The translations under genes and the position numbers were made by a program. The notes under the pieces were generated by a model that ran no database searches, had not been told where the DNA came from, and saw nothing but the letters and a program-made list of their open reading frames with translations. This document shows, in pieces, positions 25,419 to 38,803 of a stretch of DNA of 64,000 nt. This DNA is from Hyphochytrium catenoides (taxonomy: Eukaryota; Protista; Hyphochytriomycota), in assembly GCA_900088475.1 (NCBI GenBank), contig FLMG01003251.1, forward strand, positions 70,762-134,761, written 5' to 3'. Numbering within the stretch: the first letter of the stretch is position 1; the number at the start of each line of letters is the position of its first letter.

Positions 25419-26183
25419 ATGAGCTTCCCTGCTGCTTCGGAAGACCCAGATTGCTCCTTTGAGGCTCTGTCTGTCTCTTCAACCGATGCACCTTCTTGGC
25501 TTGACAGAGCCTCCAAAGCTTCCAAGCAAGGAAGAGGCACAAGCACCACGATAAAAGCCACGCAGCAGCACCAACCATTCCGCGAAACATTCAATCCTTT
25601 GATTCAATTGTTTCACTATATCTGATATTTTATGATATGCATGGACGGATTATTTCGCTCTTGAAGGTTTCATTGATTACTTCTTTGGGTTGGTGCAGAA
25701 CTCATCAGAAGATCAGCAGCAGCAGCACCAACTCGAGCTTCGTAACGGCCTCCAAGGAAGCTCAACATCTGCTGCTGAGGACCAGAACAGCCGAGTAAAC
25801 GCCGCTGTTGGAAGTGGGACGTGGTCCCTCTTAGAGTCTTTTGGCGCCTTGTCTAAGCTCTCTGCGGATAATCTTAATGCGTCGCAGGTCAAGGCTAAGA
25901 TCCCGACAGACACCCGATTCGTCTCGTCTTCGATTGATGACGTTCTTTGAGTCCTTGCTGATGCCTCCACCACCCGGCGATATGCTCTACTCTGGGCTCT
26001 TTCTTTCGTCCTCTTGCTTATATGTGCTGTTGCATGGCTGTACATTACTTATGCCTTCATCGACATCTATGCTAGGCATTGTTTACAAATGCCTTGAAGG
26101 GTCCAAGAGTCGGACAGTTTGTCCGGGAGTGTATGTACATGTCTGACCGATATGGAGAGACAACAAGGAGGTTTGTTTGGTAA
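25419..26183 (+). CDS. Possible small spliced hypothetical gene
   Basis: Open segments MSFPAASEDPD.., NSSEDQQQQHQLELR.. and a candidate last exon 26076-26183 (ALFTNALKGPRVGQFVRECMYMSDRYGETTRRFVW*) after a pyrimidine-rich AG-free stretch. No recognisable domain and the splice pattern is unresolved. Confidence 0.25.
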
Positions 26184-26232
26184 GAAACATCGACCAGTCA
26201 GGGCCAGGAGATAAGAGAAAGAGACCGTCCGC

Positions 26233-28750
26233 TTAGCTCTCATAGAGCTTTCGTATGTCAGCGGTTGTGCAGGGAAGCTGCGCCCGTGGGCAGAGCTTGT
26301 ACTCCTTCACATACTCAAAGAGGCAGGGGTAACAGTAGAGATAGCCAAAGGGAGAGACACAGGGATTCGTCCGAGTTCTCCCGCAGATGAAGCACATGTC
26401 CTCTTTTCCCTCATCTGGCGCTTCAACGTGCTAAAGGAAGTGAGTGGGCAAAGAAGCAAGGAGATCAGCGAGTTGCCATGTGCCGTGAAAGGGACCAAAG
26501 GTGGCAGAAAGTGACAGAAGTTTAGTGACGGAAAATGGCAGATCAGCAAGCACACAACAGAGTAGCCACTTCATAGCGGAAGCAGCAGTATCACCATTCT
26601 GGCGGGAGGAAAAGACAAATCGTCTGGAGTCTAGGTAGCAGTGTGCTGACATGCGACAATAGACAGAGATATAGTAGTAAACTTATCTACTCTTGCTAGA
26701 GGGTGAGGTATCTGCCTTTTAGTTCCTACCTGCAAGGGCTCTGGCGGGGGAGGCACGAAGCCAGTGATCATAGCCTTCGCTTGTGCCTCTTGCCTGTAGT
26801 TGTTCCACCATTCCAAGGCCTTGTATCCAATAATCGCTCCTACCAGCAGATAGCTCACAGAGTCCACAAAGGAGAACCGTAGCTGGTAGAAGAGTTTCTT
26901 GAACCCATTTACGATGCCCGGCTTGGAGCACTGGGTCAGAACTCCTTCTCGATAGATTCGCTCCATATTCTCCGCCAACTTCTGTAAGAAATGAGCTTAG
27001 GAAGTGCCGGAAGCTCCTCCTACCCTGACATATTGTATCTCATGGAGCTCCCTGTCCTCGCCAACGCAGCACCCTTTGCCCATCCACGCTGTATTGACTA
27101 CCTTCTTTCGTCTCCAGGCATCGTCTATTGTCCTACTTTCTCGCTATCTGTGTCGTCTTCCTGGGCACCACACCCGGCCCTATTCCTGCCCTTACCGCGT
27201 CATCCATTGTTCTCCTGGCATAAACTATACCGAGGAGGTGCAAGACTGGGGAGAAATATTGGGTCTTGTTGAAGAGGAACATGATCTGGGGGATAGAGAC
27301 ACGGGAGAGGAGCCAACAAGTGGGCGAGCCATACAAGTGAGGCTGACAAACGACTGCGGAGAAAGGGACAGAGAATACGTCTTGAGCAAGAGAGATGGGC
27401 GCTTACTTGGAAGGTAAGAGGAGGTGCCACTTAGTGCGACGTGCTACGATGGGAGCAAGCATTACCTGATATATTGTGCTCGTGCTCTCTCCTATCGCAA
27501 ACAGCACAGGAAACGCTCTCTTGAAGTGGCTCGCCCACTCCAGCGGTAAGGGCGTTGCGCTTAGCTCTTGGTCGCTTGAACTTGTTGTGGTGATCCGCCG
27601 GAAATACTTCTCGAGCTGGCTCTTGAGATAGGGAAGAAGAACCTGGTATATTAAGGACGTAGAGGAGGTTAAAAGGGGGAAGGAGACAGTGGTGACCATT
27701 AGGATCCTGGTAGTGTCAGAAAGGACAGCGATTGAGAAGAGAGTCGTTCAATCTGAGAGGCTATATTACTAGAAGAGTCCGGCACACCTTCCAACAAGGG
27801 TTAAGCGGAAATAAAGGAGATAAGGAGGGATGATGTATGAGGCAAGGCCTACGACGTGGCAGCCCTCGATCGTACCACTAGGAGTAGGGATTTGGCTCTA
27901 TCCTGGTTTGAAAGGGCCGAGACTTGGCCTAATGGCCCAGCCTTCATCCGCTTGAGCCCATAGAAACTCTCAGTGAATGTGGCATCTAGAAAGGAAAGTT
28001 CAGAGGGTCAACTACCCTACTAGAGTGAAAAAGGAGAAGACCACACAAAGAGAAAAGAAAGCGGAGAGAGAGAGAAGAGAGAGAGAGGGAGAGAGAGAGA
28101 GGAAGGGAGAGAGAGAAAGAGAGAGAGAGAGGATGAGGGAAAGGGAGACATAGAGCGCAAAAGAGAGAGAGAAAGAGAAAGAAAAGAAAGAGAAAGAAAG
28201 GGAGAGTTCGCAGACTAAGACACAACTTAGAGTGGCAAAAACGACGATGAACTAACGACAAGCACATGATGTCGCCCATGAAGGGAAGCTGGATAGTCGC
28301 ACCATAACGTGATAAATAGTGCCGCTCCACGAGAAATACGATCAGCCCATAGATCTCCTCGCTGTGTTCCGAGTATTTCACGTACTGAGGAAATGTCCGA
28401 GCAAGCGCCTGCACCGAAGAAGAGAAGGGTTTCAAGACAATTTTGATGGTTAGGTGCAACGGAGAAAACAAGGCACATGTAAGGTACAATGAGCAAACAG
28501 CGCGGTTTTCTCAGTCCATCGAGAGAGACAGATGGAAGTCTTTAAGGGGAAACCAATTACTGATACAGAGCTTAGGGTGATGAAGAGAGGATTTTGAGCC
28601 AAGCTCTTGAAGACGAGACTCCGTCTCACTCACCTCGACAATGTGCTTAAACGCTGGGTAAAGCTCCGCAGACATTCTGTGCTGCATGACGAGCTCAAAA
28701 AATGAAGGAGTTTGTACGTCCTCATTCTGATGGGCAAGGAACATCGCCAT
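26233..28750 (-). CDS. PEX12: Peroxisome biogenesis RING protein PEX12
   Basis: N-terminal PSFFELVMQHRM..LYPAF, EEIY..VERHYL, TFTESFYGLKR, LPYLKSQLEKY, KALEWW, PPPP. The last exon (~26430-26233) encodes the PEX12-type RING CFICGRTRTNPCVSPFGYLYCYPCLFEYVKEYKLCP..IRKLYES*. Confidence 0.92.
28038..28205. repeat. GA/GAAA-rich low-complexity tract inside a PEX12 intron
   Basis: Visible purine-rich tract (a polypyrimidine tract on the gene's sense strand). Confidence 0.85.
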
Positions 28751-29841
28751 GGTTTACGTAGTTGGGACAGCAAGGGGTCCAGGGATGACTTGAAATTGGC
28801 GGGTCTTGACGGGAGAGCCACCGCCACCACTGAAACCAAGGCGGCCGTCCACCGTCAGATGGCTGCTGATAGATGCCACCAAGTGCAGTGCTGCAAGTTT
28901 ATCGTGCCAAAGGCTAAGATAGAGAGCTCTTGACAGTAGACCCCAGTACACTAGATTAAAGGACGATACAGAGCGTCCCGGCTTTCATTTGCCTGTTCAA
29001 TCAATCTCTGTCTTGTCCCTCAGCTCTCTGTACACTGTGCCTCGCTGAGTCTTGGAACTCTATATCCTGGAGCTTCTCTCAGAGTCGGAGAGGGTCCATC
29101 TTCCTTCTTGCCTGCTCGAGCCGCGATGCCCATCGAGAAGCCCGATCCAGCTCAACACAAACAATTCCTGTCCCTCTGTCTCATCGTAGCCACAACAATT
29201 CAATGCGAAATCTCGTTTTGACACATCTGCAGATGCGAACGTGATGGCGGTGGGTGGGCGATCCGACAGTAACCTGCTACAGACGGTAGGGTGGATGGGC
29301 GTATCCAAGAAGATTCTCAATTGGCTGAACAAGTTTTTCTTCTCTTGTTGCTGTCTCCGAAGCTCTTAAGGGGTTCAAGTCTCTGTAACAAGCACGGTGT
29401 CTCTTCTTCCTTCACCAGCCATTGTACACGACGGCGGAAGGCAAGCAGGCTTCGAAGAAGCAGAGTAGCATTGGCATCGAGGAGGGGCAAAGCAGGGAAG
29501 AATGTGGAGAGCGCGGCAGGTGGCAGGTGGATGCATCCGTTGAAGATTATAGGGCTAAATCGTTGATAGTTTTATGAGATCTGACAGGACATTTTAGCTA
29601 TATTTTTTTCCTAATCTAATAAGTGGGGATTCATCCCTAAAATATGTCTGTTGCTAACGAGCTATGGACAAAGATCTAACCACTCCGAAGAGCTTTAAGG
29701 GGTCTCTACGCAAGGAACAGGAAAAAGCAGAAGGAGCACTTACAGTCTACGCCTCAGCAGCCCACTGCCGTTCTCTTCCTCCTCGACTCTACGGAAAGGA
29801 ACCTAAGAAGAGGAAGATGCCGCAGCTGCCGCTTTCTAGCA

Positions 29842-32800
29842 CTAATGATACCCGTGAAGGTGAGCATCGCCAACAGGGTTCGTACTTCTAAGCGTACTAT
29901 AGCTAGCGTAGTCGTAGCCCAATGGTGGGCCTCTATTGTCCTGTTGCCGATCCTCTCCGGGATGGGAATGCAGCAGCGGCCCTCCTCCTCCACCGATTCC
30001 TCCCAGCCCTAGTCCATACGGTGCGGTAGGTATGCTGGCTCCGTTGTTCAGGAGGTTAGGGTGTAGCTCCGGACTCCGCGTACCATATGGACCCCCAACA
30101 GCTGTAGAGAAGGGCCAGAATAGACCTTAGGCTGATGGCGTGAGCGGACTAGAAGACAAGGCAATTCTCATAGCAAAAAGTTTCAGCCAAGTGGAGACAA
30201 ATAACCGCCGTTGAAGAGGGGCGTCGGGAAGATATAGGAAGAATAAAGAGACAAGCTTTGGAAAGAAGGGCAATACCGTGAGAACAGATAAAGTTAACTT
30301 ATCACTGGCATACCTTGGCCGTGAGGACGAAGAGCCATCATCCCTTGCTGCTGATAATGCATACCCGGATTCTGTTCTCTTGAGGGAAGTCCCATACCTA
30401 TATGGTGAAAGGGCTGCCCTCGGTTAGGGAGAGGACCGCTTGCCGCCTGCGATAAACCTACACTCAGACCGTCTGGATGGTTGCTGACTGGGCCAGCGCC
30501 GGTCGAGTTCATACCGCCCGGCACACCGACTCCCAGTGCGAGGTGCTGATACCCAGGGTCCCAAGATCCTAAGTTACTTCCATTTTCCACCTCGGGATTG
30601 TGGCCTCCAGAAGGCCCGCCGTTAGAACCGAAGATAGAGTAGAAGGATGATCGCTGCTGAGCGGGCCTCTCTCGGGTGAATGTTGGACCAAGATCTAAAG
30701 GATGCAAAGCCGTTTGTTGAGGGTTGGACTGCTGCTGCTGCGGCCACTGTTGCTGTTGGATTTGAGCCTGTTGGGTCTGCTCTTGCAATGCTGCCCAGTT
30801 CTCTAATGGAGAAGAGAGAGAGCGCCCAAGAGGAATAGAGATAGGCTCATGGTGCGGCGAGCTCCAGTGATCCTTAACAAGAGTAGACTGGGTCCAGTGA
30901 GACTGCGGTTCCCACATAGGAAGATCTTTTCCTACAGCGCGGCCATCTCCAACCAACGGTGACTTGTGCTCCCTAGCAATAGGAGTTGTTTTCTCTGCTG
31001 GTGGGATAGGAGGCAGTAAGGGAGAAATAATGGGGGACAGAGGGTTCTGGGTTCCTAAAGGAGTATAAAGTGCGCCTTCGCCAGGAGAGAACTTCTGCGA
31101 TGGGGTGATCGATACGTGGAGAGACGGCGAAGTGTGTATCAGTTGATCTTCGGGTCTCTCCACTAACAGGGGAGGAACAGGGGTAGGGAGAACAGACATA
31201 TCCTTGGGGACTATCTCATCTTCACTCGCGTTGTCTGTAGCAGTAGATGTAATTGACGTCACTGAAGAGGATCGTGTGTCCACAGACCTAGAAGGCCCGT
31301 CCTCAGAGGAAGCGGCGATCTTCAATGGCCCACTCGTCGAGGAGGAGGAAGGTGCCGTGGTTCCATTGGAGCGTGTGCCATAACGCACTGCAGCAGCATA
31401 GCCTCCCAGCGAACTTCCAGGAGCTATTGGGGGAGGAATGTGAGGTCTGGAAGCGGGCTTGATGGGCATTCCGGCTTGTGTTGGAGTGCTGGAGCTCTGG
31501 CTTCCCCCGCCGTCTGGAGCAGAAACCCCAGAAGACGTAGGAGTGGTCGGAGGATCGGTTGTAGTTGGCGTAGTCTCCCCCGAATTAGACGAGACGCCAC
31601 CACTGCTACCTCTCGCTCTGGGTGGGGCCTCTGTACGTGGTACTGCTCGCTTCACCTCCACCTGAAGGTGAGGTGCGAGGAAGACCAAGAAAGAATCAGA
31701 AAAGAACTAAAAATGGCGAGGAGAAAGAAGGAGTTTCTTAAGCTTACCGCCTTTCTGTCAATGACATGCTTCTTCTCCTTGAGAACGCTATCTACACTGA
31801 ATTCGTGCTCAAAGATCACAAAGCCGAATCCTCTGGACTTATTTGTTTCCCTGTTGAACATTACCTCTGCTGAAGCGACCTTACCAAACTGCTCGAAGTA
31901 TCGCCGGAACTCCGCTGGTAAAGAAGAGAAATGTGAGAGCAATTGAAAGCAAAGAAGATGAGCAGAAACTTAGGGCAACAAAGAAGTTCAGGCTGAAGAG
32001 TGCAACTCATAGGGCCCAGGGTAGTAGCTGTTAAAGAGTAACTAGTAGTAGATACTAATTCTAACACTAAGCGGCTATAACGTAGCTGCATCAGGGTGGG
32101 GAAACGATAGAGTACAAGTGACAACTCTAGGTCACTACTTGTCTCCCACAGGCTCACCATCTTTTGTTTCATAATGGAGCCCACCAACGAATATCTTTTT
32201 CGTTCCTCCGCCCGTCGAACTAGTCGAAGAGAGAGCCGGGCTAGCTACTGAGCTAGTGGAAGGAGACGGAACTGAGGTGGTGGTCTGCTTCGTCGTTGTG
32301 ACTTGAAGATCTCTACTGCTGTCTGCTCTAGGAACCGCCCGCTTAGCTTCAACCTAAATAACAATAAGCAGGTAAATGGTAGGAGTCAACTCCGACTCTA
32401 GCTGATCCAGTTTCAGACATCATACAACAGCTCTTATTGACTCTACCGCTTCTGCTACTCTTTTGAGGACCCTGTAAGGCTTATCTTACTTACCCTTCTG
32501 TTGTCTAAGACATGACTAGTTTGTGCCAAAGCTCTATCTACAGAGGCAGCATCTGCATAGGTTATGAAGCCGAATCCCCTTGACCGGCGCGATATTGGAT
32601 CCTTCATCACGACCGCATCAGTGACTGTTCCGTAGGCTGCAAAGTATTGCCGCAGCTTGTCTGAATAAATGAGAAATTCAGTCTCTATTATCCTCAGGAA
32701 ACGGTTACGATCCTCTAGCGAAATAGCAAAAGAAACGCACCATCCGTCGTTTCGTAAGAAAGGCCTCCGATAAATATCTTCCTTTCCCTGCAGGTGCACA

Positions 32801-32875
32801 TGCTAAGAGATTGTCCAAGTCACGTTCCTCGGCTGCTAAAAGGAAAGCTTACCCTAATTTCGGCGATTCTGTCAT
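29842..32875 (-). CDS. Double-RRM RNA-binding protein (hnRNP A/B-Musashi/DAZAP1-like) with a long disordered C-terminus
   Basis: Spliced start MTESPKLG/ERKIFIGGLSYETTD/DKLRQYF..MKDPISRRSRGFGFITY. RRM2 KKIFVGGL..EFRRYFEQFGKV..KSRGFGFVIF..VEVKRAVPR. Then a Pro/Ser/Gln-rich exon and a probable last exon ending HLHGYH* at 29842. Confidence 0.88.
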
Positions 32876-35800
32876 TTTGTCAAGCTTAAGAGCCGCGTGG
32901 GTCTCTAGCAAGTACTATATGTGGCTTGTGAGCACCGCCTGTTGCCAGGAAGGCCAATTCTTGGTTGCAGACTGTGATATTCACTTCTTGAAAGAGTCTT
33001 TGGGGACTGGCCTTGAAGCTACAAACAGTCAGATGTGACTTGGCACCAAAGTTTATATCACACTCCGAGGAATCAGGCCGACCCACTTTAGATGCTCTAT
33101 TCCCATAGTGACGCTTGAGGGAGTTCACACTATACTACCATCTATCGGCGGATACTGACCTCAAGCTAATAAACTCTCCCGTCCTCTCCCTCCAGCGAAA
33201 GCTACGTCTCTAGCCAGCCGCGCGCCTTTGCAAGTAGCTCTCGCCCCTCGTCGGGCGAACTCTACGTCTAATGAGCGACCGCGAACACTCAAGAACAATG
33301 CAAATCCAATGCACCCGCTGCAGGCCCGCGACCGCACGAATATACTGACTTTCTCATCTCCGCTTTCAGCAAAAATTTAGCTCAGAAGAAACGTTTTGAG
33401 CTGTGAAGCCTGCGCGATTCTTATTGCAGAAATCTCTGTCTCCTTCTCTGCGGGTCGGCGGCGGGGACATTGTAGACAAGAGCAGAGACAGAGCAGCAAG
33501 GAAGTAGAAAAAAGGGAGGAGACAAAAATGGACAACGATACAGAGCAGTGGTTAGATGGAGTGTCAAGGAGATAGGAAAGGTATAGATCATACTTTGAGG
33601 ACATAGTCAAGCAAGACAGAGCTCCGATGAGATAAAGGAGAGTGAGCTGACAGCCAAAGCGAGCCTGCAGAAAGAGCAAGTAGAAGTCCCAGAGTGGCGG
33701 CGTTAGGGAGAGTTGTTGCTGTTCTTTTCTATAGAGTCCACACCTTCACTGATCTGGGCGAAGTCAAGCCCCATTGCTCATAGGCCTCAAACAGCCAACA
33801 GGTCCCCTGAAATCCCGCTGTATCTTTCTCCTTTATGGGATAAGTGCCTGACTGTAGGGCGGGTTCCCCTACATTGTCTATTCAACATGGAGACAATACC
33901 AATCGACGCCTTTCACCCTCTTGTGAAATCGTATTAGTGCATAGTTGATGTATTACTATGAGGGGCTTTATTGTATATTACCTAAGCTTAGGGGAATCTG
34001 GTTACCGTTATATTACTACGAGTAGGGCGTACTAATACGGAACTTTCTTGCTTCTTCTCATCAAGAAAAACATTCTGGACAGGAAGTGCGGGCTCTCACA
34101 ACCTGTGTTTGTCGTGAGCCTGGGTTTGAGGCTGCAACAGATACTATATGCATGATCTTGCCTTTTATGCCACGCATTATGGGTTTGTGGCTATATTCTG
34201 TGTGAGGTGATGCGCACCTTTTCCTGAGATTGCTATGCTCATATGCTGGGCAGATGGCGCACAATCGGGGGCACAAGGATTAGGATCAGTGACACGGCTT
34301 TTATTGTTAGAGTGACCCCATCTCTTGTGCATGGAAGCCCATGATATTGTGCAGCGCTGTGAGAGGAGTAACAGCTGAGCTGCTAATGTAGCAGAGGGCA
34401 AGTCATCGTGGCAAGCAGTGTTACGGCAGCTGTTACGGCGGGGTGATGATGGTCGTAGCGTTCTCTTCTGTGATGGTCCCCGAGTTTGTTTAGAAGAGTC
34501 ATAGAGCTGACCCGTCAGAACCCTCCCGTCATAATAGTAGGCGGCAGTCTCATCATTTTTGCACATAACAACGATAGCAGTTGTCACAGATGAAGATTTA
34601 AGAGGGCATCGAGAGTAGGCGGATCTGCAGAGGTTTCCCATCTTCACCATTTGCTTGTCTCTGGTGCGCTGTTCGTTCAGGACTACTTACCTTACGAAGG
34701 CATCATTGCAGCGCCTTATGATAAAGAGAGCTCGAGTTTAGTTTTGCTCCGCTATTGATCGATGGACCATCACACCTTAATAGGGTGTAGAATATAATAA
34801 GCTTTCCATTGAGATGGTGCTCCTCTTTTCCGACTTCTTTCCAAGTTGATGGCCTCCAGTCGACAACAAGAGTGAGTCATTGATATCAAGAGCCAACACC
34901 GGAAGATAATAATGAGGCGATCAACATAATAAAAGAGGGTACTTACCTAATATATAGGGTCAGGAAGAAAGAGCTTTGAGCGAGCGGCAATCACAAGATA
35001 ACCTCGCTCAATAGTATTCATAGATGTCCTCTATGCAACCCACTGCAGTGAGCGAATAGTAGATTACTTTGGCGTTCCTTACCTAATATGATTTGAAGAG
35101 GACGAGGAGCATTATCTTTGGAGATGATGGGCGAAAGGCTTCAATAATTATGTCGTGATTCATCTCTGTACGCATCCTCAAGTCCGACAACGGTATGTGA
35201 TATGCACTAAAGCAGCAGATAGTAGCATGACAATGCATGTTATTATGCTCCTCCTTGAGTCTGATGATCAGACTGATCTGTAAATTATCATGACTGTGGA
35301 ATAATAAAGAAGCAGCTCTTCCTCCTCCTCCATGGTGGGCCGCAGATGCTATTTGGGTGATGATGTTCAATCGTGCCACTATTATGCAGCTATCTGGAGT
35401 GCGGAGGTTGTTGCAACCAACAAACAACTAATAACAAACAAGGAGGCGACAGGGGTCCACACAATTGGACATGCTTGGTATGCGTCAAGAGAGATCAGGA
35501 CGACGTTGCCAAGCAACAATAATAAATGACGGTGGTAGAAGTTCCCATAATAATCGCCCGCCCTTCTTCCTTCCGACAGTGTTATTACTTTCTCTGTACC
35601 AACTTTTTTAGGGCTTCCACTACTGTACAACCACATAAGCCCGTTTCTAATAATGAGTTGAGAAGAATTTTCTTCGTTGGTAGAGTGGTTGATTGGGGCT
35701 TCAGACCTACCCCGGGAGAGAAGCTCCATGGATTTCAGCTGTACCCCAGTAGTAGAATAGTAGAAGGCCTATTTCTAGGAGGGGATTGGGCCGATGAAGC

Positions 35801-36048
35801 GATGCAGGCACCGACACTCGATGGATCTTTATTAGCCATCGAAGACCCGCCAGACGTCTTCAACATAGGGCCCAGCTCCGGAGGTCGATCACCCTACTGA
35901 GCAGAGCAGGCCTACTGGAAGAGAAGACAAGTTCCGAAGGTGTTCCGGTTAGGAAGATGCAGACAATTCCTATAGAGGACTGTTAGTTCCGATCATATAG
36001 GGCTTGTGGACGTACAACACGTCATCTGAGTGGACCAGGCAAATAGCA

Positions 36049-38584
36049 ATGCCGGAGATAGACCTTGCTCGGCATATTGCCTATTTCCGACGTCATCTTG
36101 AGACCCTTCCCGACGTCTATGTTAGCCTTGATACTAGCAGAGCCATGGCGGTGCGTTCGCGCTCAGACAGCCTTTCCTATTCCGTGCTCCTCAGTCAAAC
36201 TCAGTTAATATCACTTCGGCTATCCGCTCCGACGCTTCTTATCTTACTCGTTCGCAAACGCGTTCTATGTTGTCGAGGTTCGCTGTATCACAGTCCTCAG
36301 CGTCCCGGGACAAGCTGACTCGGTGCTCTCACCTTGCTTGTTGGTTCTCTTTTCTTTTGTTGACAACTAACTTGTCATCGAGTCGACTCGTTCACTGACT
36401 AACTCTGTCTGCTTCTATGTGGGAGTATAGCTCCAATTCAGCGTCTCTGGCCTGAGTATGCTAAATGCGCTGGATGAAATAAACAGAGAGGCAGTCCTTA
36501 ACTGGGTTTACTCCCAATTCATAGTTACCGAGCGCGAAGGTACAGCTCCCTTAGACCAAAACTGAAAATGAACTCTAGGAACAGAGGCAAATGGAGAGGA
36601 AATTGACGTAGGTCACAGTAGACATAAGCTGGTTAAAGCCTCAAGGTGGGCAGATGGGCACCGAAGCAGCGGCTCGCACCATGGCTCCATAGAGTAGAAA
36701 GAGCGAGGAGAAGCTATAGCCGTTTGAAGCCTGACCCGTATTCCTCATCTTTCCATCGTTGACGACAATTTTCATAGCCGAAGGGATGACTTTGAGGTGC
36801 GCGGGATTTGTGGGCGGATCGTATCTTGGACTTCCATTCAATAAGACAGCTCTCAGGAGGTTAGCTCGCCGTTTGCCTTTTGTTCACCTCATTCGTCCAG
36901 TCCTTGCTACAATCTCATACAATGGGGTCGTTCTAATCTTCTTCCTCAGCCTCCAGTCTATAATACTTTATGAACGCTCTTTAGCCACGATTGTTCTTTC
37001 TAGTCCTATGTTCGCTACACTCTACGCATGCCTCTTAAAGAAGTCTTGTATGGCTCGTTGCCTAACTGAATCTTTCTTGGCAATCGTTCCAAAGGGACGT
37101 GAAAGGGCTACCAGGCAGGTCTGCCCATATAACCGCGACTTATACCTTACTCTGTGTGCTGCGGGCTTTGGGAGAGTCTTTTGACAAGCTGGATAAAGAG
37201 GCAATCATCAACTCCCTCGCAAGCTTACAGACAGAGGATGGCAGGTATTGTCAGATGAGCGAGAGAGGGGCCTACTACGCAGGCGAGTACACTAAAGTAC
37301 CAGATAAAGGAGAACGGCCACAGTAATTTAGGATAGAGGTCGCAGGAAAGGAGCAGCTGACAGTAGCTAGGAGTGGGGTGAAGAACTCATTGACAACCGT
37401 GATAGTTGGCTCTACTTCATTGGAGGGATGCATCGACACTGGGATGACGCGAGTTGCTGCAACACGATCGTCAGCTTACGAAGACAAACAGCTTTTCTGC
37501 CACTTTCGAGGGAAGTGAAAACGATATGAGGTTCCTCTACTGTGCGTGCGCCATCTCCACGATGCTGGGTGACTGGAGGGGGGTAGATAAGGACAAAGCT
37601 GTACAGTACATCAAGACATGCATAGTAAGGAATCCTCTAGCTTTTCTGTCCGTTTCCTATTGAGTTTTGCGTTGCATGTTTCTCCGCCCCGTTCAGCTCT
37701 CAACTACTTGCTACATAAACTGTCACTGTTCCGTGTCTGCTTTGTCAACCTTCTCCGCTATACCGTGATTCCACCGCCAGACGTTCAGTCTCTCCCTAAG
37801 TCTTATTTTCTTTCATGCCCTCCGCAGACTTATGAGGAGGGGATAGGCATGAGACCAAACCAGGAAGCACATGGTTCGTAACATTACTCAAGCTGGGTTA
37901 TACATTTCTCTTTCGGCTGCTTTTCTTAACCTCCCCCCCATCTCGTTGGTCTCCGAAGTTGACATACTTTGTAGGAGGGTCCACCTACTGTGCAATTGCC
38001 TCCCTGGCACTTATGAACCGCCTGGACGCCATCCCTGATAAGATGAACCTTGTCCGATGGCTCACCTTGAAACAGGTACACCAGTTACTGGAATCTCTAG
38101 ATATTTGGGGGCAGCAGGAAGGAAAGGGAGATTGTAGATAAGCAATGGAAATCCGGCGGCACATGGTCTCAGTGTAGTACAGCGACTTGTCCACTAGCGA
38201 GGCATAACGAAGCCCCTTGGGATTTGAGAATCCGTCTCCCAAATTTATCACTCGACTCACTTCACTGCTTTCTCCGTCTCCCAATTTTGACCATAGGGCG
38301 ATGGCTTCTGTGGCCGTACAAACAAGGATTCGGACACGTGCTACTCTTTTTGGATTGGTTGTACTCTTAAAATCTTAGGCTGTTTGGACATGATAGACAG
38401 CTCTGCTGTCTCTAATTTTGTACTGCGGTGCCAGTTCAAAGCTGGCGGCTTCAGCAAGGAAGAAGAAGGCTATCCGGACATCCTTCACTCCTTCTTTTCC
38501 GTCTGCTGGCTGGGACTTGTAGGGACAGAAGGAGTGGGACCATTGGACCCTTGTCTAGGAATGCGGGCACTGGAACTGAAGTAA
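36049..38584 (+). CDS. PGGT1B: Geranylgeranyltransferase type-I beta subunit
   Basis: HIAYFRRHLETLP..SLDTSR; HITATY; LQTEDGSF; ENDMRFLYCACAI; EAHGGSTYCAIASL; GFCGRTNKDSDTCYSFWIG (Zn ligands); YPDILHSF. Multi-exon. Confidence 0.92.
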
Positions 38585-38803
38585 GGTCTTCCCAGTAAGA
38601 CCCATTTTCCCCCGAGAATTCCCTTCGTCCAAGTGCATCGGCGGACGTCCCCGGCTCCATTGTTAACTAGAGAGAACGAGGTGGGCTGGCACGGCACGTT
38701 TCAACTGCGTCCACTTCACTGATGTCTCGCGGCAAAGCGCCCAAAAGCGTCGGCAGCTGGAGTGATAGTCAAGGAATGACCGTGTGACCGTAGAGTCTCA
38801 CGC

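Noticed and set aside
25690-26097. In-frame TGA (25948-25950) followed by a hydrophobic 48-aa extension: possible selenoprotein or readthrough
   Set aside because: The extension is a pyrimidine-rich, AG-free stretch ending in CTAG, typical of an intron, which explains the hydrophobic translation. There is no redox motif around the TGA and no convincing SECIS downstream.
33853-35900. TAGGG...CCCTA as hAT TIRs delimiting a 2-kb element
   Set aside because: Only 5-7 bp match and there is no target-site duplication, so it is kept as a low-confidence finding and not called as a feature.
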